64,000 bases of DNA, taken from positions 1,550,001-1,614,000 of the forward strand of contig ML978127.1 of NCBI GenBank assembly GCA_010015805.1, written 5' to 3'. Under the pieces are notes generated by a model, which saw only the letters and a list, made by a program, of their open reading frames with translations, had not been told where the DNA came from and searched no databases. Positions 52,775-64,000 of this stretch are shown here, piece after piece. Made by a program: the position numbers and the translations under genes. The stretch is from Rhizodiscina lignyota (Eukaryota). Every line of letters starts with the position of its first letter. Position 1 is the stretch's first letter.

Positions 52775-53449
52775 GTGACAGGCCCAAATGGAAAGCTTCG
52801 CTACGTTGTCCGAGGCCGTGCAAACGACGCGGGCAGCGGACCTCCCAGTATTGTGGGAAGAGATGAAGAAGAGGAAGAAGAGGAAGTAGAAGAACGACCG
52901 GAATGGTTCATGGGTGACCACAACCCAGCTGGCTTTAGACGTCCAGGATTCCAAGGAGGACCCGCTCGTGTTGGAGTCCCCGGAGGCGCAGAGCGATACG
53001 CATATCATCTTCCGGCTGAAGCAAAAGGCGGTGGTCGCCCAAAGTATAAAGGAAGTCCTGCAGTACCAAGGGCACAAGAAGCATTGGGGCAAGCAGCGGC
53101 ATCGAATCATATGGACACAAATAATTATCTTCAAAGGAGTGATGGCGGACCGGGCCTTGGGGACGGAGGCGATATGTTCGAGGCGTCGCAGTTTCCGAGT
53201 AACAGAGAGCCTCCAGCTCATAAGGCTATAGGCGGAGTATATGGAGAAAACTCGTATGGAGAAGACTCATACGGAGATGTCGCTGCTAGAAGAAGTAGAT
53301 ATGGGCCTCAAGTAGGGACACATGCGATGTATGGAGACGTAGTGTCGGGCAGAGATGCTTTGGGAGGAGGCCCGCACGCAGGATACGGCAACATGGAGTC
53401 CACTTTGAGTCGTAGAGATTTCGCGTACCCTCATAATATGCCGTCGTAG
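52775..53449 (+). CDS. Hypothetical Gly-rich low-complexity protein (5' end unresolved)
   Basis: 224-codon open frame with an acidic stretch and YG-rich segments; no recognisable domain. Confidence 0.4.
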   Translation: MTGPNGKLRYVVRGRANDAGSGPPSIVGRDEEEEEEEVEERPEWFMGDHNPAGFRRPGFQGGPARVGVPGGAERYAYHLPAEAKGGGRPKYKGSPAVPRAQEALGQAAASNHMDTNNYLQRSDGGPGLGDGGDMFEASQFPSNREPPAHKAIGGVYGENSYGEDSYGDVAARRSRYGPQVGTHAMYGDVVSGRDALGGGPHAGYGNMESTLSRRDFAYPHNMPS

Positions 53450-54477
53450 AGAATGGGTGTCAGGTACCTTGTGGCTTATTACGAGGACGGCGATGCCCTT
53501 CTTGAACTGGATGTAGATTTTTGGACACCATGCCGCAGTAACTCCTTTTCCTGATTTAATAAAAAAGGGGCTTTTGTTCATTGCTCAGCTCGGGTTCTCA
53601 CCGATCTTCCAGCATCGTGGACATAGCCTGTTTCAATTACTTCCCACAGTTTGCAACAATCTATCTTTGGATCGTTCAACGGAGAATCAGCTTGCAGAAA
53701 AGACGAGGGCGACATATGAAGAAGATACATACACCAGCATGTCGGTGAAATTATCAATCACCGCCCAGACAGCTGAGTTTTGGAAGCCATCGCACCGATC
53801 GTGGACGCCTCCTCCTTGTACGGCCCCAATTCCGCTCGAGGCTGGAATTCAACCGCCCTGATGCGGCCCCAACCTGAATTGGTCCTCGAGCAGATTCTTC
53901 TGCTACCCAAGCAACATGGCAAAGAACTTAAAAGTGAGGTTATATTTTAACGCATCCAAGGATTACAAAGATCTTGGTGAGCGGAGTCCTGCCGGTCCAG
54001 CTGTTCAAGGTTAATCAGCACATCGCCAAGTACGAATCGGGACGATTCCACGTGATCGGCTGCTCAACTCCTCCCCAGCTACCGACTTGGCAGGAACGGT
54101 GTATACACTGCCTTTTGGCGGTGCCGAGATGAAGCCAAGGCAGCTTGCCAATTGCCCAAGAGTTGTTCGTCAGCATGTTCTATTCTCATCGTTCGGCGTC
54201 GCCTTTCGTTTAAGCATCACCAGCCATTGCCAAGTGCGCCTCCGCTCACAGGTACGGTGCAGGTCGTGTGCTATGTTTGAATTGAGGCGGCCGGGGCATG
54301 CAGCATGGAGAGGTATAAGTACGCGATGCCCTCTCCTTCGAGGAGTGATCATCATCAAACAAACAACAAGCAAAGCAATCAACCAACTTTTCTTACTCTT
54401 CTTTCATTTTTCTCTTTCTCTTATTTCCTAGCATTCACTCTCTCGAGTTTCGCCAATCTTTCAAACAATCTTTCAAA

Positions 54478-54948
54478 ATGCAGTTCACCACTGTCCTCAT
54501 TGCCTCCTTCGCCGCCCTGGCCATGGCCATCCCCACCAAAGACTCCTCCGACAAGGCTACCCCCACCAAGCTCCCTGAGCCGGAGTTCTCGATCCTCCCC
54601 ATCGAGACTCCCAAGGATGCTCCCCTCATCGACCTCTGGCAGGATGAGGACTTCCTCGGCTTCAAGTTCACCGGCTTCTCCACCGCCGGCACGTGCGAGA
54701 ACCTGCACGGCACCGGCTTCAACAACAACGTCAGCTCCGGCAAGTCTCGCCCTGGCTTCCGCTGCACCGTCTGGAAGTGAGTTAATATCTTAAAATGTCC
54801 CAATTGTTTGAGCTGTACTAATCATATTTGCGACTACAGCAAGAAGGACTGCTTCGGCCCTGCATTCAGCTTCAACGAGCAGGGTATAGATGACCTCCCG
54901 AGCTGGATCGACAACAAGGCCAGCAGCTGGAAGTGCGTCAAGAACTAA
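54478..54948 (+). CDS. Small secreted beta/gamma-crystallin-like protein, 135 aa, 4 Cys; intron 54777-54839
   Basis: Signal peptide MQFTTVLIASFAALAMA; LWQDEDFLG, CENL..GFNNNVSS, CTVW..KDCFG, WIDNKASSWKC; strong C-ending codon bias. Confidence 0.8.
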
Positions 54949-55167
54949 GCGCCTGTTAGCGATGATGCGGTGAAGGCAAGATGGAGCATTTTGAGCATTG
55001 TTTGATTTTGATTTAGCGTTCTCGTTTTTGCATAGCGTTGCTTTTTCGGTATATTAGCGGAGGATCGGTCCTTACTGCGTAGATCACAATTCATAAAAAC
55101 TTTCCCAAGGGCAGATCTCCCCAAGTCCATGCGCGATGAATCGTGATGTGAATCATCTAGAAAGGTA

Positions 55168-55566
55168 TCAGACGCACGCCTCTTCAAAAGCCATCCCAGC
55201 CTGCTCCATTGCCATCCTAGCCTGCTCCATTGCCATCCTAGCCTGCTCCATTGCCATCCTCGCATTAAGCACGTCCTGGTTCATTTGCTGTCTCGGGGCC
55301 GCTGGCTGTGCATGCTTTGTCCTCTTGTGCACTCGGCGTGCTTCCTGGTAATTGTTATAGGCCTCCTGGTACGCGATATGATTCCGGCGGTGCTGTTCAG
55401 CGACTGCTCTGCGTTGTGAGTCTTCGTATCCCGATGGCGACTTGTGCACGACGAAGGCTTTGCGTTGAGGATCGTAGGCTGGAGCTCTCAGGTTGGATTC
55501 TTTCTGCCATTTGCGGACCTTGGGAGGCTCGACGAAGCCCGTGTGGATGCTTTGGGCAATGCCCAT
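55168..55566 (-). CDS. Hypothetical 132-aa protein with ARMAMEQ repeats
   Basis: ATG-started ORF; C-terminus encoded by a 21-bp tandem repeat. Confidence 0.45.
   Translation of the reverse strand: MGIAQSIHTGFVEPPKVRKWQKESNLRAPAYDPQRKAFVVHKSPSGYEDSQRRAVAEQHRRNHIAYQEAYNNYQEARRVHKRTKHAQPAAPRQQMNQDVLNARMAMEQARMAMEQARMAMEQAGMAFEEACV
55190..55260. repeat. 21-bp tandem repeat (~3.4 copies)
   Basis: gccatcc(c/t)agcctgctccatt repeated. Confidence 0.9.
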
Positions 55567-55962
55567 TATTGAAATATGGTACGTAGTGACTGTTTAGTGG
55601 TGCTTTGAGTATTATCTGGATGTTTTGTTGGGCCTGAAGAAGGAGAGAAGACGGAGATGGGAAGATCTGAACTAGTGAGATATTCATAAGTGAGGTGTCT
55701 GCGGTGTTCAGTAATTGCGTGAAGGTAGTGCTTGGGAGTTATCGTTATGCCTTTGTAACACATGTGAGTGGAAAGTGTCGAGAGAAGAATGATGAAAAGA
55801 AAGTAAACCGCAGCCTCTCCAACTCGTGTAATGTGGAATTGAGCACGGAGATGAGACAGTCGAATGCAAGTCTTAAACTGCACAGCTCCTCTTTCGATTT
55901 TCGCACTGACGGCATAACGAGCCTGTAAAGTATCTGAAGGGTCTCCGGTCCACGGTTAAAAC

Positions 55963-58815
55963 TCATTCCACCAGCCCAGCAGCCACGGTCTGTCCCTCTG
56001 CCCGCAGTACAACCCTCACACCCTTCTCTAACGGAACAGGAGCCTCCATTTCTATCTCGACTCGAGCTGCCGCACCCGGAGGCACTACCCGCGGTTTCTT
56101 CTTCACGACTTCTCCAGTCGCCTTATCCAACGTCCCTAGTAGCTTCGTGACCTTTCCAGGGACATGAAGGGGGCCTCGATGCACATCCAAGAACATAGGC
56201 ATAACGTGCTCGAAGGCCAGAATCTTCGCTGTGAAAGAGGTAAGATTCTGGATCGGGCTGGATGCGGAACAGACAATGTCTCCAGTTCGCAAGTGTACAG
56301 GATCCATATCCGTAATGTGTAATGTCACGATCTGTCCAGCGACTGCCCATTCTGCAGGATTGTTGTCGGCCTCGAGGGATCTGATAGAAGCTCTCTCGCC
56401 ACTTGGCATGACGATTATTTGCTCACCAGCCTGGAGACTACCGGAATCTATGCGACCGGTCAAGGAAAGCGCATTGTTGGTACCTCCACGGAAAACATCG
56501 GAGATCGTGAGTCGTAGCGGAGAGCTTATGGCCCGTTGGCTAGCATTCATCGAGTCGAGAACTTCAACTAAGCAGCTGCCATGATACCAAGGTGCAGTTT
56601 CCTGTTTGATTGGAGTGACGACGTTTTCTCCTGTGAGACCGGCGCAAGGCACGAATGTGATATTCTTGGACTGAAACCCAGCGGAGGTGAGGAAGTTCGA
56701 CATTTGCTGGCTAATCTCGTCGAACCGCTGTTGTGACCAACAGACATTGTCCATCTTGTTGATAACAATGATCAGCTGCTGGACGCCCATACTGCGAACC
56801 AGGAGCGCATGTTCTTTTGTCTGTCCCCGTAAACCAGATTCGAAGCTATTGGTGCTTGCATCGATGACAAGTACGGCAAAATCGGCCTGACTTGCACCGG
56901 CAATCATGTTTGGTATGAAGTCCTGGTGACCTGGCGCATCTAATATCGTAAACCTAGTTTTGTTGGTTTCGAAGTAATTGGTTGCAAAGTCAACAGTTAC
57001 ACCTCGAGCACGTTCTTCGGAAGTTTCATCCATCACCCATGCGAGCGCAAAGGATGATTTTCCGATATTATCGGCTTCGCGACGGAGTTTATCAATAGAA
57101 CGTTGATCCACGACCTTGAGGTCGTACAATAAACGGCCCATGAGAGTGCTCTTGCCATGGTCGACGTGGCCTGCCAAAGATTAGTCTTTTGAGCATATGC
57201 GGAGTATCTGGTGACCAAGAAATATAGCATACCAATGACTACAAAGCTAGCAGCGTTCTTCTGGTCTGATCTCTCATACTCTTCGAGAACGTTAATATTT
57301 CTGTTTTTCCTCGGCGGACTCGGTTGACGAGAAACTGGATTTGAAGGTGCCGGTGACTCGCTATTTTTGGAAACTTGAGTCTTTGTAGCCTGAGGTTGCA
57401 GCTGCTTTGCTTTTGGGCCTGGGTTGATTCGAGTCAGTCACATTTGCTCCCATCAAGATCGCGCGGAACCTTTCGCCTGCGCAGTCAACACAACGTCATC
57501 CGGGCTTGGTCCTGAGAAGGCATTGGAAATGGAAAAGTCATGGACTTTGATTGAAGATCTGCGGTTGGTATTTCTTGACTGTTGTGGCGATGGAGAAAAG
57601 TCCCCTCGGCTCAATCCAAGCATCGCTTCGGCAAAGGTCGATGGATCGGCCTTTATGTTAGCAATAGGATAAGACTCCACGGGAGAAGCTTCCTCTTGCT
57701 CTTCAATCGATGGGCTTGGCTCCTTTGCTTCCACCGGAGCCGGTTTCGGCCGAAGAGATATTTTTCGTCCCTCTGGCGGAGCTGTCTTAGAAGGAGAATC
57801 TGAGCCACGGATGGGCAAGGCATCTTTCTTGCCAAGTCGATCCAAAAGGGAGATTGCTCGATCCGGACTCTGGTTCTCCACGGATGGACTGGTAGTCTTC
57901 TTGTCCTCCTCTTTCTTCCTACGTGCCGCTGCGAGCGCCGCAAGCTTGGAAGATTTACCACTACCACCAAGAAGACCTCCTTTAGGTATCTGCGGAACTA
58001 GGCTCAGATGTCCAAGCCGTTGATGCGGTACGTGTAGCCAAGGAACATCATAGAAGAAATCTCTAGTGGTCGCGGTGTCTCGTTGATTCGCTGGTGGTAT
58101 TGGGAAAGGAAAAGATATTCTGGGCGCTAATTGATAAGACGAGTCAGATTCATGATATCTTGTGATGCGATTGTAATGTGGGTTTGTGATAAATGACCAG
58201 AAAGATACATACAGGCTGGACTTCCATATGCAGAGTCTTCCTCTTTGGCAGGTAGATTGCGTTGACATGGCTCATTCGGACTTGGATGAAGGAAACAATA
58301 GCGCTCACCTGCGTGTGCATCCACAGCTGAGCTTGCGGCTTTGTCGAACCTCGTTTCCACCTTCGCCTTCGCTTTCTTCGGAGTTGCAGGTTTTACGGCA
58401 TCTATGATCCATATCAACTCTTGCATCCTGCGCTATGCGAGTCTGCCATACTCTTGATGTAAGATACGGACTTCCCCACGTCATAGTAGTAATTCCATAA
58501 CGCGTCTTGTATGACCTTATCTGAGGCCTGGTAGTCCGAGCCTAGCGCTTCGCGTACTTTTATTGTCCCCTGTCGCATTTGTTCTGTGAAGTGGACGCGT
58601 CGTAAGTTTGAGGATCATGTAGGAGCTCGATTTCGAGGGTGGGTACCTTGGTCTTCTGGGCTCAGTTCTATGGAGAAATGCATCAGCGCGTACTCTATGA
58701 ATCATTTGAAGAGATACAGACCTTCTCCTTCTCCTTCTTGTCCGTATTCCTCCTGATCGTAATCGTCCACTTCGTCGTCATCGTAGTCTATGTTCTTGAC
58801 TCGTCGGTGGGCCAT
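55963..58815 (-). CDS. hbs1: Hbs1 translational GTPase (HBS1/SKI7 locus), multi-exon
   Basis: Start MAHRRVKNIDYDDD; HBS1_N IQDALWNYYYDVGKS; GHVDHGKST, RGVT, DAPGH, NKMD; eEF1A-like domains II/III. Confidence 0.92.
57453..58126 (-). CDS. Alternative Ski7-like exon inside the long hbs1 intron
   Basis: Phase-compatible acceptor TTAG at 58127; encodes DFFYDVPWL, GGLLGG, SKLAALAAARR and FSGPSPDDVVLTAQ; in-frame stop at 57453. Confidence 0.7.
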
Positions 58816-59412
58816 GTTTGCTGTCTTTTTGATGTGCTGTGTGTATTCTCGTGTGGGTGAATTGCCGGTGCATGGAGAATGTGATTGCCGAAGATGTAAA
58901 AGGACTTGTGGGATTTTAAACGTTAGAGTGTGTATGTAGTGAGGTTCGGCGTAGCTGCGGTGTCGCATCCCACGATCGAGCTGGGATGGACCCCACATCG
59001 TCATAGAACCCCGCGAGGGATGGGACAGTCAATCACAATATAAACCACACCTTCGTGGACATTTCGTATAAGAAGTCTTTATCGCATGACTTTTGTCTAT
59101 CCTGCAAACCTGGAAGCCTGCTCGAATGAACTATTCCAGTGCTCATTTCCCTACCCAAACTCCGCCAGCGTCTGTCGCTCGCTCGATCCCAAAAGAGCAA
59201 TGCAATGCAATGCAATTCTCCTCTATGCTCTAAGTCTAAGGTCATATCCGCATCTCTATGTTCTTTCTGTGTTGTTCAAAGACACAATAATATGTAGAGT
59301 CTACACTCCAAATCCACCAACCCAGTCCCTGTCCTGTTTTGCCGCTCTGAGCTACTCGTTCATCAGTCATCAGTCATCAGTCTCAAGCCTCCAGTCAAGA
59401 GGTACAGCGGGG

Positions 59413-60306
59413 CTATACCTTTGACTGGATAGAGTATGTCGGCTCCGCCTTCACGTAGCCTACATCTTCCCACGCCTTTGTAGCCGACATCTTCAAGTTC
59501 CGTTGCTCTGCCTCTGTCAGCGGCTTCTCGTCTCCGCGGCGTCGGCGTCGCGACTCGGAGGTCTCGAGGATGGAGGCATTGCTGCCGCTTTTCAGATCGT
59601 AGGTGTAGGCGCGATACTCTGTGTTCGCCCAGCCGGTGCCTGGATATTCACTCATCCAAATCAGAATCCGTTCGTCGACGTCGCTCTCACTTTCCAATTT
59701 TTGCTGAAATTTCTCACCATTGAATGTGTCATATCCGTCAAAATCTTCCGTAAAGTAGTGCAGAAAGCCTCCGTGTGTAACCATCACGATATTCTTCTCC
59801 TTCCTCTCGCGCAGCCATTGTCTAGCTTTCCTGGCTCGAACGGTCATAGGGTCTGCCCAAGGCGCCCAGTCGCCCTTTTTGCTGTTCCAGTCCGGTCGCG
59901 CAGCAACCAAGCCGAAGTCGACGGGCTGTCCTTGGAACTCTTTCTCGAGCTCATCAATATGGCTACCAGTATCACATGGCATATCGCTTGTCTCCTGGGC
60001 TTCGGGCAGTGCGATGACCGTGAGGTTCTTTCTCGCAATTATATCCCTAAAGCTGATAAGAGCGGTATAGACTGTTCGTTTCAACGGGGAGGCTACGATG
60101 AGGTCGATGGAGTCCACGTCAGGGAACGAGTCGTGGAGGATTCGACATTGCTCCTTGCCATATTCTGTCAGGAGAGGATCCGGCATGTGATGATTCTCCA
60201 CCGTGAGGTTGTGGAAGCCCTGCGCATGGCGAACGAGATGAAGGGTCGGCGCGGTCATTTGAGAGGAGGATCTGCTAGAGGTAGCAAACTGTTTTAACGC
60301 CTTCAT
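59413..60306 (-). CDS. Histidine phosphatase (phosphoglycerate mutase-like) protein; probable in-frame intron 59640-59717
   Basis: LVRHAQG (RHG-like), SPLKRT, QETSDMPCDTGS, VTHGGFL, GTGWANTEYR. Start could be 60258. Confidence 0.88.
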   Translation of the reverse strand: MKALKQFATSSRSSSQMTAPTLHLVRHAQGFHNLTVENHHMPDPLLTEYGKEQCRILHDSFPDVDSIDLIVASPLKRTVYTALISFRDIIARKNLTVIALPEAQETSDMPCDTGSHIDELEKEFQGQPVDFGLVAARPDWNSKKGDWAPWADPMTVRARKARQWLRERKEKNIVMVTHGGFLHYFTEDFDGYDTFNGEKFQQKLESESDVDERILIWMSEYPGTGWANTEYRAYTYDLKSGSNASILETSESRRRRRGDEKPLTEAEQRNLKMSATKAWEDVGYVKAEPTYSIQSKV

Positions 60307-61026
60307 CAGAACAGTTGGAGAGACAAGTTGAAATATATATGGAATTACGGTAAGAAAAGTCCCGAAAAGACCGAATCAAAGGAACCTGTTGCAGTGAGAA
60401 GTGAAGTTGTGAAGATAAAGAGGAAGCTTCCAACGATTGGAGCTTTCTGCGTCCAATGTGACAGTCAGAGTCTAGCACGAGCTCCACATGGCCTGCTTAT
60501 TGTGGGCAGGCATTCCGGGTACCGAGAAACCTCAAACACAGCCCAAGATGTGAAGTCCACGAATCCGCGCACCGCGTGTGCAGGAAATTTTCCCGATAAG
60601 AACGCTTGCGGCTCAGGGCCACCTCTTCCGGTAACAACGGACAAGGGGCTCCGGGTAGGCTAAATATTAGTGGCCGCCCCCTTCCGAGCGTCTCTTGGTC
60701 CCTTGGTCCCTGAATGCTGATCGACGAATTTTTGCCATCGTGAACTGACCTTTTTGGCGCACTCCGCACGTCACAGATGTCTGAAGACAATGAAATATGC
60801 TTAGCCTCAGGTGCTAAGAACCACGCTACTTTGGAAGACATGCTCTTCGGTATGAGACGAACAAAAAGAGCTCGGAAAACTTGCCATTTCTATCAGATTA
60901 AATCGCGCAATCATCCCAACACTTTTCCAATCAACTATCGCCACAACTCATTCCCGGCCGCTATCGTACATATGTATACATTCCGTGTTTCCATCCAAGC
61001 ACGCTTTTATTCCTGGGCCAAATGCT

Positions 61027-62100
61027 TCAACTCTTCCCAGTCGTGGCAGTCAAGGCTTCTGGCTGCTGGAGCAGAAGAGCTGGGCCTGCGACCACGCTCT
61101 CCTCCGTAGGTGCACCAACCTCATCAGCAATCACCGCGACTATCAAGCCTCTACCCGCATCAAACTGCGATGGGATCTTCGAACAGTTCGTCTTCGTATC
61201 GAATGGGACACTGATGTTGCTGACAGAATGGAAGAACACCGCATAGTAGTCCTTGCCTTCGTCAAAGTGCGGCTGGTTCTCCGGCTCGGTAAAGATGAAT
61301 GTGATCTCGTCCCCTGGATGGCCCTCACTAGTGGTATCGTTGTACGACGTCTGCGGTAGGTGCTGACTTGGCGATGGGAATTCAGGGTTCTCCTTCGGGC
61401 AGCTGCCAGGTAGGACAAACTGGTTCGTACTATCCAGGATCTGGTTCGCATATGGAAACACAGTGTCCGACGGTCCAGAGAACGGGCCTGTCCTCCATAT
61501 CTCATCAAGCGCCCATGTGTTGTGACGCGTCTCCACTTCTGCGATTGCGAGCAGCGCACCGTGTGTGAATTGTGACTTTGCCTGGTATTCGAGACCAGTT
61601 AGAAACGCCATACTGGCTAACTCAAGTAGAAGCTGTATCGCAAGGAACAGCTCCGCATCCGTTCCAACCCCGAAATCGTACTCGCACTTCCCAGGTTTGA
61701 TGCTCGTCGCGGAAATTTGATCCTGGAAGATGCGAAGGTGCCCGGCTTCGTTGTCACGGATCTCGGTGATGCGGTCGTACGTGTTATTTGGCATTCCGAT
61801 AGCTGTAAAAGAGCTGGCATTGAAGACCTCAACGCCTGTTTGGTAGAAGGAGTAGATGATCCATTCTGCGCTTAAGAGGTTTTGGAACAAGAGGTCGTCG
61901 GGCCCCGGGGGCCCCTTCTTTGTGGGGAGGACGGCGCTAGGAAAGGTCGCTGGGAATGGTGGTGCTTTGCCTCGATAGGTGTTGTAAAGAGCAGACTGCC
62001 CTGGGACAGGCCCGTACGATGGATTGCTGATGGGATTAGGGCGCGCAAAAACAGCGCTGGAAGAGACAAGAACTGAGATGAAAGTCGTTGAGAAATACAT
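61027..62100 (-). CDS. Secreted ferritin-like domain protein (Rds1-like)
   Basis: Signal peptide; QNLLSAEW, IRDNEAGH, IAEVETRH (ExxH pairs). Confidence 0.78.
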   Translation of the reverse strand: MYFSTTFISVLVSSSAVFARPNPISNPSYGPVPGQSALYNTYRGKAPPFPATFPSAVLPTKKGPPGPDDLLFQNLLSAEWIIYSFYQTGVEVFNASSFTAIGMPNNTYDRITEIRDNEAGHLRIFQDQISATSIKPGKCEYDFGVGTDAELFLAIQLLLELASMAFLTGLEYQAKSQFTHGALLAIAEVETRHNTWALDEIWRTGPFSGPSDTVFPYANQILDSTNQFVLPGSCPKENPEFPSPSQHLPQTSYNDTTSEGHPGDEITFIFTEPENQPHFDEGKDYYAVFFHSVSNISVPFDTKTNCSKIPSQFDAGRGLIVAVIADEVGAPTEESVVAGPALLLQQPEALTATTGKS

Positions 62101-62935
62101 CTTTGAATGTCGAGGGATTGTTAAGGCCGTTGCTGGATGTTAAATTGATACCAAGTGAAGCAGCCTACCTTTATACAAATTATGGAATCCACTCTATCGT
62201 ATGTGGCTTATAGCTGCACTTCTGTGTGCAGGTTGTAGTCTGCTCCTCAGTGACGTGGAGTCGGGTTGGTCAACATAAAGAACCCTTTCCCGATTAGGCT
62301 CATTTTTCGAAGCTAGCCAGACTCACGATGTTGCAGCCCACAGTCTTGTGGATAGTTGCCACTTATTTGCCCTAGGGAGCTAAGGACGCAGGACTGCACA
62401 GCCTGGCTGAAAGGCTGGGAGGATCAAATAATGGTCAATTAGCGAGATATTGTGCGCGGACAGACCTCCCCCGCCTTGCACTTTGGTGCTGGCCATGCGC
62501 ATTTTCTCACTTAGGTAAGAAGCGCACTTGTCGAATTCGGCATGCGCGAAGTAGCGCGACAGGGATGATACAGATTTCCGGGCCTGCATGACCAAGGACC
62601 ACTGAATCCTCCTTCAAAATGCTTCGCCTTTGCACGACGCCTCATTAGAGATCCACAGTGGAATAACAAGGAACGTTGTCTCACCGCTGCTTTCACAGTG
62701 CTTCCTTCGGCAACATGACGTCTGGAGGAACAGCCACAATTCAAAAAACGAAATATCCCTCACCTGTCATTCAGGCACGACTTGTCGCGGCTTTGAGCAC
62801 ATGTGGGCTTGGTCATGAGTACTTCGGCATTGTGCTCTCGGGCTTTGGGCCTGCTCAAGATGCGATACTAAATTGGTTGAAATAATACGGGAACCCCGAA
62901 GGCTGAGAGCCCAAAAAGTCATGGGATAATTCACC

Positions 62936-64000
62936 CTACAACTCCTCTACTGCCTTCGCAAGGCCTACCACCTTCGTTTCTACGTTGAAAGTTGAGTAGT
63001 AATGCTTGAGCAAAGATCCTCCGAGTATCCAGAACCCAACGTCGCCGCCATTTATGACTGTCTGACACATTCCAGGATGCCCCTCGATTGGACCGGCGTT
63101 GAAATCCCTCGATGGGATGGTGTACTTGCGTCCCTCAATCTCGAAGTCGAGCGTGGCTGGTAGCTCGCAGATCCTCTCGCACGCAATCCCGAAAACGCCA
63201 GTCTCGTTGAGGAGCTTGATATCTATCGAGATATGCTTATAGATTGCGGCGGCATCATCATTGCTTGGAGCGACGATATTGGACGTGCCGGTGTCAAGAA
63301 CAGCGAAGTTCGCCACGCCGGTGGGCCGGCCGTTCACGAAGATGTTCGTAAAGTTGACGTTCCAAATTGATGCGAGAAGACCATCGGTAACAGCTGGCCG
63401 AATGTAATGTATGTCCCCGACAAACTTGGAATGATCAATCGCACCAAGCGTCAACTCCGCGTGTCCGGTAGATCGTGGCGGTATGTAAAAGCTAACAATT
63501 GGTTCGAGAAGTTCTCCTGCCGCTACCAGCGCTGGTAGTATTGGATTCCTCGCGCCATCGAGATCCGCTGCGGACCCAAGACCGATTACCGCCTGAAAGT
63601 GCTTGAGGAACGGCGCAAAACCCGGCGTCGCACTGTCTACGAGTCCGATTTCCTGGTTATCGACGGTAAGACCGCCAATACTGACTCGGTCGGTATTAAG
63701 AAATCCACTTTGGCTCTCATTGCCTGGTGTAACGCCGCCACCGGTGAAGAAGCTGAATTCAAAGGGTGTGTTGGAGGAGAGGTTAAAGGTCCTTGACCTT
63801 GAAGGATTGAATTTTGAAACATCTTTTGCGCAGCCATTCGCAGGAGTACAATCTGCGCTTGGGATAAGGAAGGTAGGTGAACCGGTGTCGAATACCGCAG
63901 AACTATAATACCGTTTAGCAGAGTATTGCGCGATCGATGGTAGCAGGTTGTTTACAAAGTCTGAGGAGGGGAGCCAATTTCCACATTGCCTATCCACTAC
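62936..64000 (-). CDS. Pepsin-family (A1) aspartic protease; 5' part outside the window
   Basis: Two catalytic motifs AVFDTGS and AVLDTGT; ELTLGAIDHSKF; WILGGSLLK; likely acceptor near 63903. Confidence 0.88.
   Translation of the reverse strand, partial: VVDRQCGNWLPSSDFVNNLLPSIAQYSAKRYYSSAVFDTGSPTFLIPSADCTPANGCAKDVSKFNPSRSRTFNLSSNTPFEFSFFTGGGVTPGNESQSGFLNTDRVSIGGLTVDNQEIGLVDSATPGFAPFLKHFQAVIGLGSAADLDGARNPILPALVAAGELLEPIVSFYIPPRSTGHAELTLGAIDHSKFVGDIHYIRPAVTDGLLASIWNVNFTNIFVNGRPTGVANFAVLDTGTSNIVAPSNDDAAAIYKHISIDIKLLNETGVFGIACERICELPATLDFEIEGRKYTIPSRDFNAGPIEGHPGMCQTVINGGDVGFWILGGSLLKHYYSTFNVETKVVGLAKAVEEL

Noticed and set aside
59503..60297. 264-aa plus-strand ORF
   Set aside because: Antisense to the histidine phosphatase gene.

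Overview
Eukaryotic DNA from a filamentous ascomycete: spliced genes with short GT-AG introns and CTRAC/CTAAC-type branch points, plus RIP-like AT-rich patches. The left ~18.5 kb is a secondary-metabolite gene cluster that may continue beyond the window's left edge. It encodes a Baeyer-Villiger monooxygenase, a highly reducing PKS (KS-AT-DH-pseudoMT-ER?-KR-ACP, no release domain), a BAHD/Tri101-type acyltransferase, a DHA1 MFS exporter and, most unusually, a single ~842-aa protein fusing an NRPS condensation domain (HHxxxDG intact) to a LovC-type trans-enoyl reductase. The PKS's own ER NADPH motif and its MT SAM motif look degenerate, which fits a trans-acting C-ER partner. A probable transposon relic (~18.6-19.3 kb) bounds the cluster on the right. 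The rest is mostly conserved genes: calpain-like protease, TRI12-family MFS, Slm1-like PH protein, creD-creC, gem1, Zds1-like, cupin DUF985, msrB, two tandem BTB genes, a small secreted beta/gamma-crystallin-like protein, an HBS1/SKI7 locus with alternative 3' splice sites, a histidine phosphatase, a ferritin-like Rds1-type protein and a 5'-truncated aspartic protease. All calls come from motif recognition and manual splicing by eye; no database searches were run.
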